From positions 77,686,001-77,750,000 of the forward strand of contig NW_024704743.1 in NCBI RefSeq assembly GCF_018977255.1: DNA of 64,000 nucleotides, in the 5' to 3' direction. The translations under genes and the position numbers were made by a program. Origin of the DNA: Callorhinchus milii. Its lineage: Eukaryota. Under the pieces are notes generated by a model that did no database searches, had not been told where the DNA came from, and saw nothing but the letters and a program-made list of their open reading frames with translations. This document shows, piece by piece, positions 61,976 through 64,000 of this stretch; position 1 is the stretch's first letter; the number at the start of each line of letters is the position of its first letter.

Positions 61976-64000
61976 TGATCTTGTAGACAATTGTTGTCTT
62001 CCTTCTGGCAACACATTAACATGATAAGGAGATCATGATCTCAAAGTTCCTCTCCGTAGACTTTAATGTACAAATGGGCCCAGAGAGGCTACTATTGTGT
62101 TAACTTCTGTCCATATATGTAAAGTCACGCTTCATCCTTTGGGCACTGTGCTGCAAGATATGAAAGTTTAATAAGAATATAGCACATTAGCATGAATGTG
62201 TTCACCATTTTACACTATACCCTTAGGCAGAAACATAAAGCCTTGAGAAAAAAGCCATTGCCTGCACCTCCTCAACACTATTAGTTTTATGTACACAAGC
62301 AATTGGATTGCAAGGCTCCTGATTTGGACAGCGACTGAAGAAGATTTATGGAATACAGTTCTACGTACAGCACCAGTTAAATGTTTGCATGCAGTATACA
62401 GATAGCAGCTCCTTTGGGATAAGTGCCATGTTATAAATCCCAATGGAGAAAAAGGTGAAACCAGTACTGATCTGCTACATCCATTGCTGGTATGCTTTCT
62501 GTGGAGGCAGGGTGCAGCGTAAGTGACAGTATTAGAATCACAATTGAATCAGAATTGCAGTAATCCTATTAATTCAGTAGTTGGGGAGGGGGAAGGAGAA
62601 ATGGTGTATTCCAAAACACAATTTAATGATGTTTTTGATATAAGGGATGAAACACATTTAGAAATGACATTTTTTTATCCCATAGGCACAGTGGCGCTTC
62701 AATTATAGATGTTAATGTTTAGGTTACAATTAAATAATAAAACTTACATTTGATTTAGCATCCTATTGTGTCAAACCAACTCAAAGCACTTCAAAGTTGC
62801 CTGAAAAGTGAAAAACTATGTATGTTTCGGCAAAATTGGTTTGCAATATACTTATGAATACCAATTTTATTTATACAATATATAATTTGAGATATATTAA
62901 TGTCAAGGATATGTCATATGTATTAAACAAATAAAAGTGGTTTATAATGTATTTATTGGATCAGTACTGGTGCCCTGGGATATGCACATTTAAAGGAATG
63001 CTTGTGGTTGATTGGGCACTTATGTTTTTAAGTAAAAATAGTTTGCCAAATAATGCAAAGAATTGAATTCTGCTGCTTCTTGATCAAGTAGCAACAAGGC
63101 CACTGCACTAATTAAAAAAGGAATTGGCATCTAAAATGAGTTTTGTTCAGTGGGTCTTTTTACAGACTTTTCTGCAAAAGGTTTTCACAGTTTTTTCCAA
63201 CCTTTTTTCAAATTTAGTGAGCTATTTGCAGGTAGTTCAGTCATTACAATTCATTGTTTTGCAAACATCATCTAAATCTCTCAAACCAATCAAAAATGTC
63301 AAATAAATGCAACAAATCCAATTTGTAAATATTGAATTTCAAACCTTCAAATATCATTGCAAATTGGACAAAATAAACATCTACCTTTTGCTTTTGCTAC
63401 TTAATTCAAAAGATATCATTTTGTGCCTATGGTCTATTCTTCTCTGCATTATACAACAACAACTTGCATTATATAGCCACTTGATACAGGATAGCATCTC
63501 GGAGTGCTGTTATAGAATCCATTTCTTCAGGTTAGAGAAAAATGTATGTATTAGCTACTTAAAAAAAAGCACACCATATCTGTCAACACATTTTGATTGG
63601 AGACATAGAATATTTTCTAAAATTCTTTAGCTTTTATAGCAAGTAAAATAAATGTTTTGTAACATACTGCCATCTATGGGAAAGTAGAATAGGTTTGGTT
63701 TTAAATGCAACCTGAGCAATGAGAAAAAATTATATTCATCCACAGTCCATCTTTATAAATTGACTATATATTTGTAGCCCAAATGGCAGAAATTTGTACA
63801 CAGCATATGATAGCTTAATCAACCACTGGGTACCACAACCAAGACTGATTAGTAAAATCTGGATGTGTCTTCTATTCATTTTTATATGATTTGCACCCAA
63901 GGGTGTTACAATGGCATTCACACAGATTTGCTGGGTGCCTCTATCCTGCGCTCCCAAATCCTATACTTTGTGCCATGATCGCACATTATGTGCCCCTATC

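Noticed and set aside
63666-63680. CTCF-like motif (minus strand cccatagatggcag)
   Set aside because: Single imperfect short match, expected by chance in 64 kb without ChIP or conservation data.

Overview
Repeat-dense vertebrate genomic DNA with no recognisable intact host gene, rRNA, true tRNA or CRISPR array. The repeat repertoire points to a cartilaginous fish, probably a chimaera/elephant-shark-type holocephalan (inference): a very abundant tRNA-Ala-headed, L2-tailed SINE with a Deu-like domain, HER1-like CR1 LINEs, L2 LINEs and a shark-type palindromic repeat. The only long ORF (37843-39009) is the reverse-transcriptase end of a 5'-truncated, lesioned CR1; nearly all other track ORFs are chance or SINE-derived. 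Best-supported non-routine structures: (1) a complete 1.93-kb non-coding LTR retroelement (1594-3523) with 8-bp terminal IRs, TAGA TSD, a tRNA-Ser PBS, a duplicated UNCG-hairpin module and a 5' LTR lacking 250 bp of promoter; (2) a 1.65-kb CAC-ended TIR element (6522-8174); (3) a palindrome with a decayed hammerhead-like remnant (20407-20590); (4) a SINE deletion series sitting beside, and inside, its L2 partner; (5) an RT fragment unlike the other LINEs here (61810-61975). Several repeat-free blocks look like conserved non-coding elements, but that cannot be shown from one sequence. Family names come from recalled consensus similarity, not a database search, and boundaries of old repeats are approximate.
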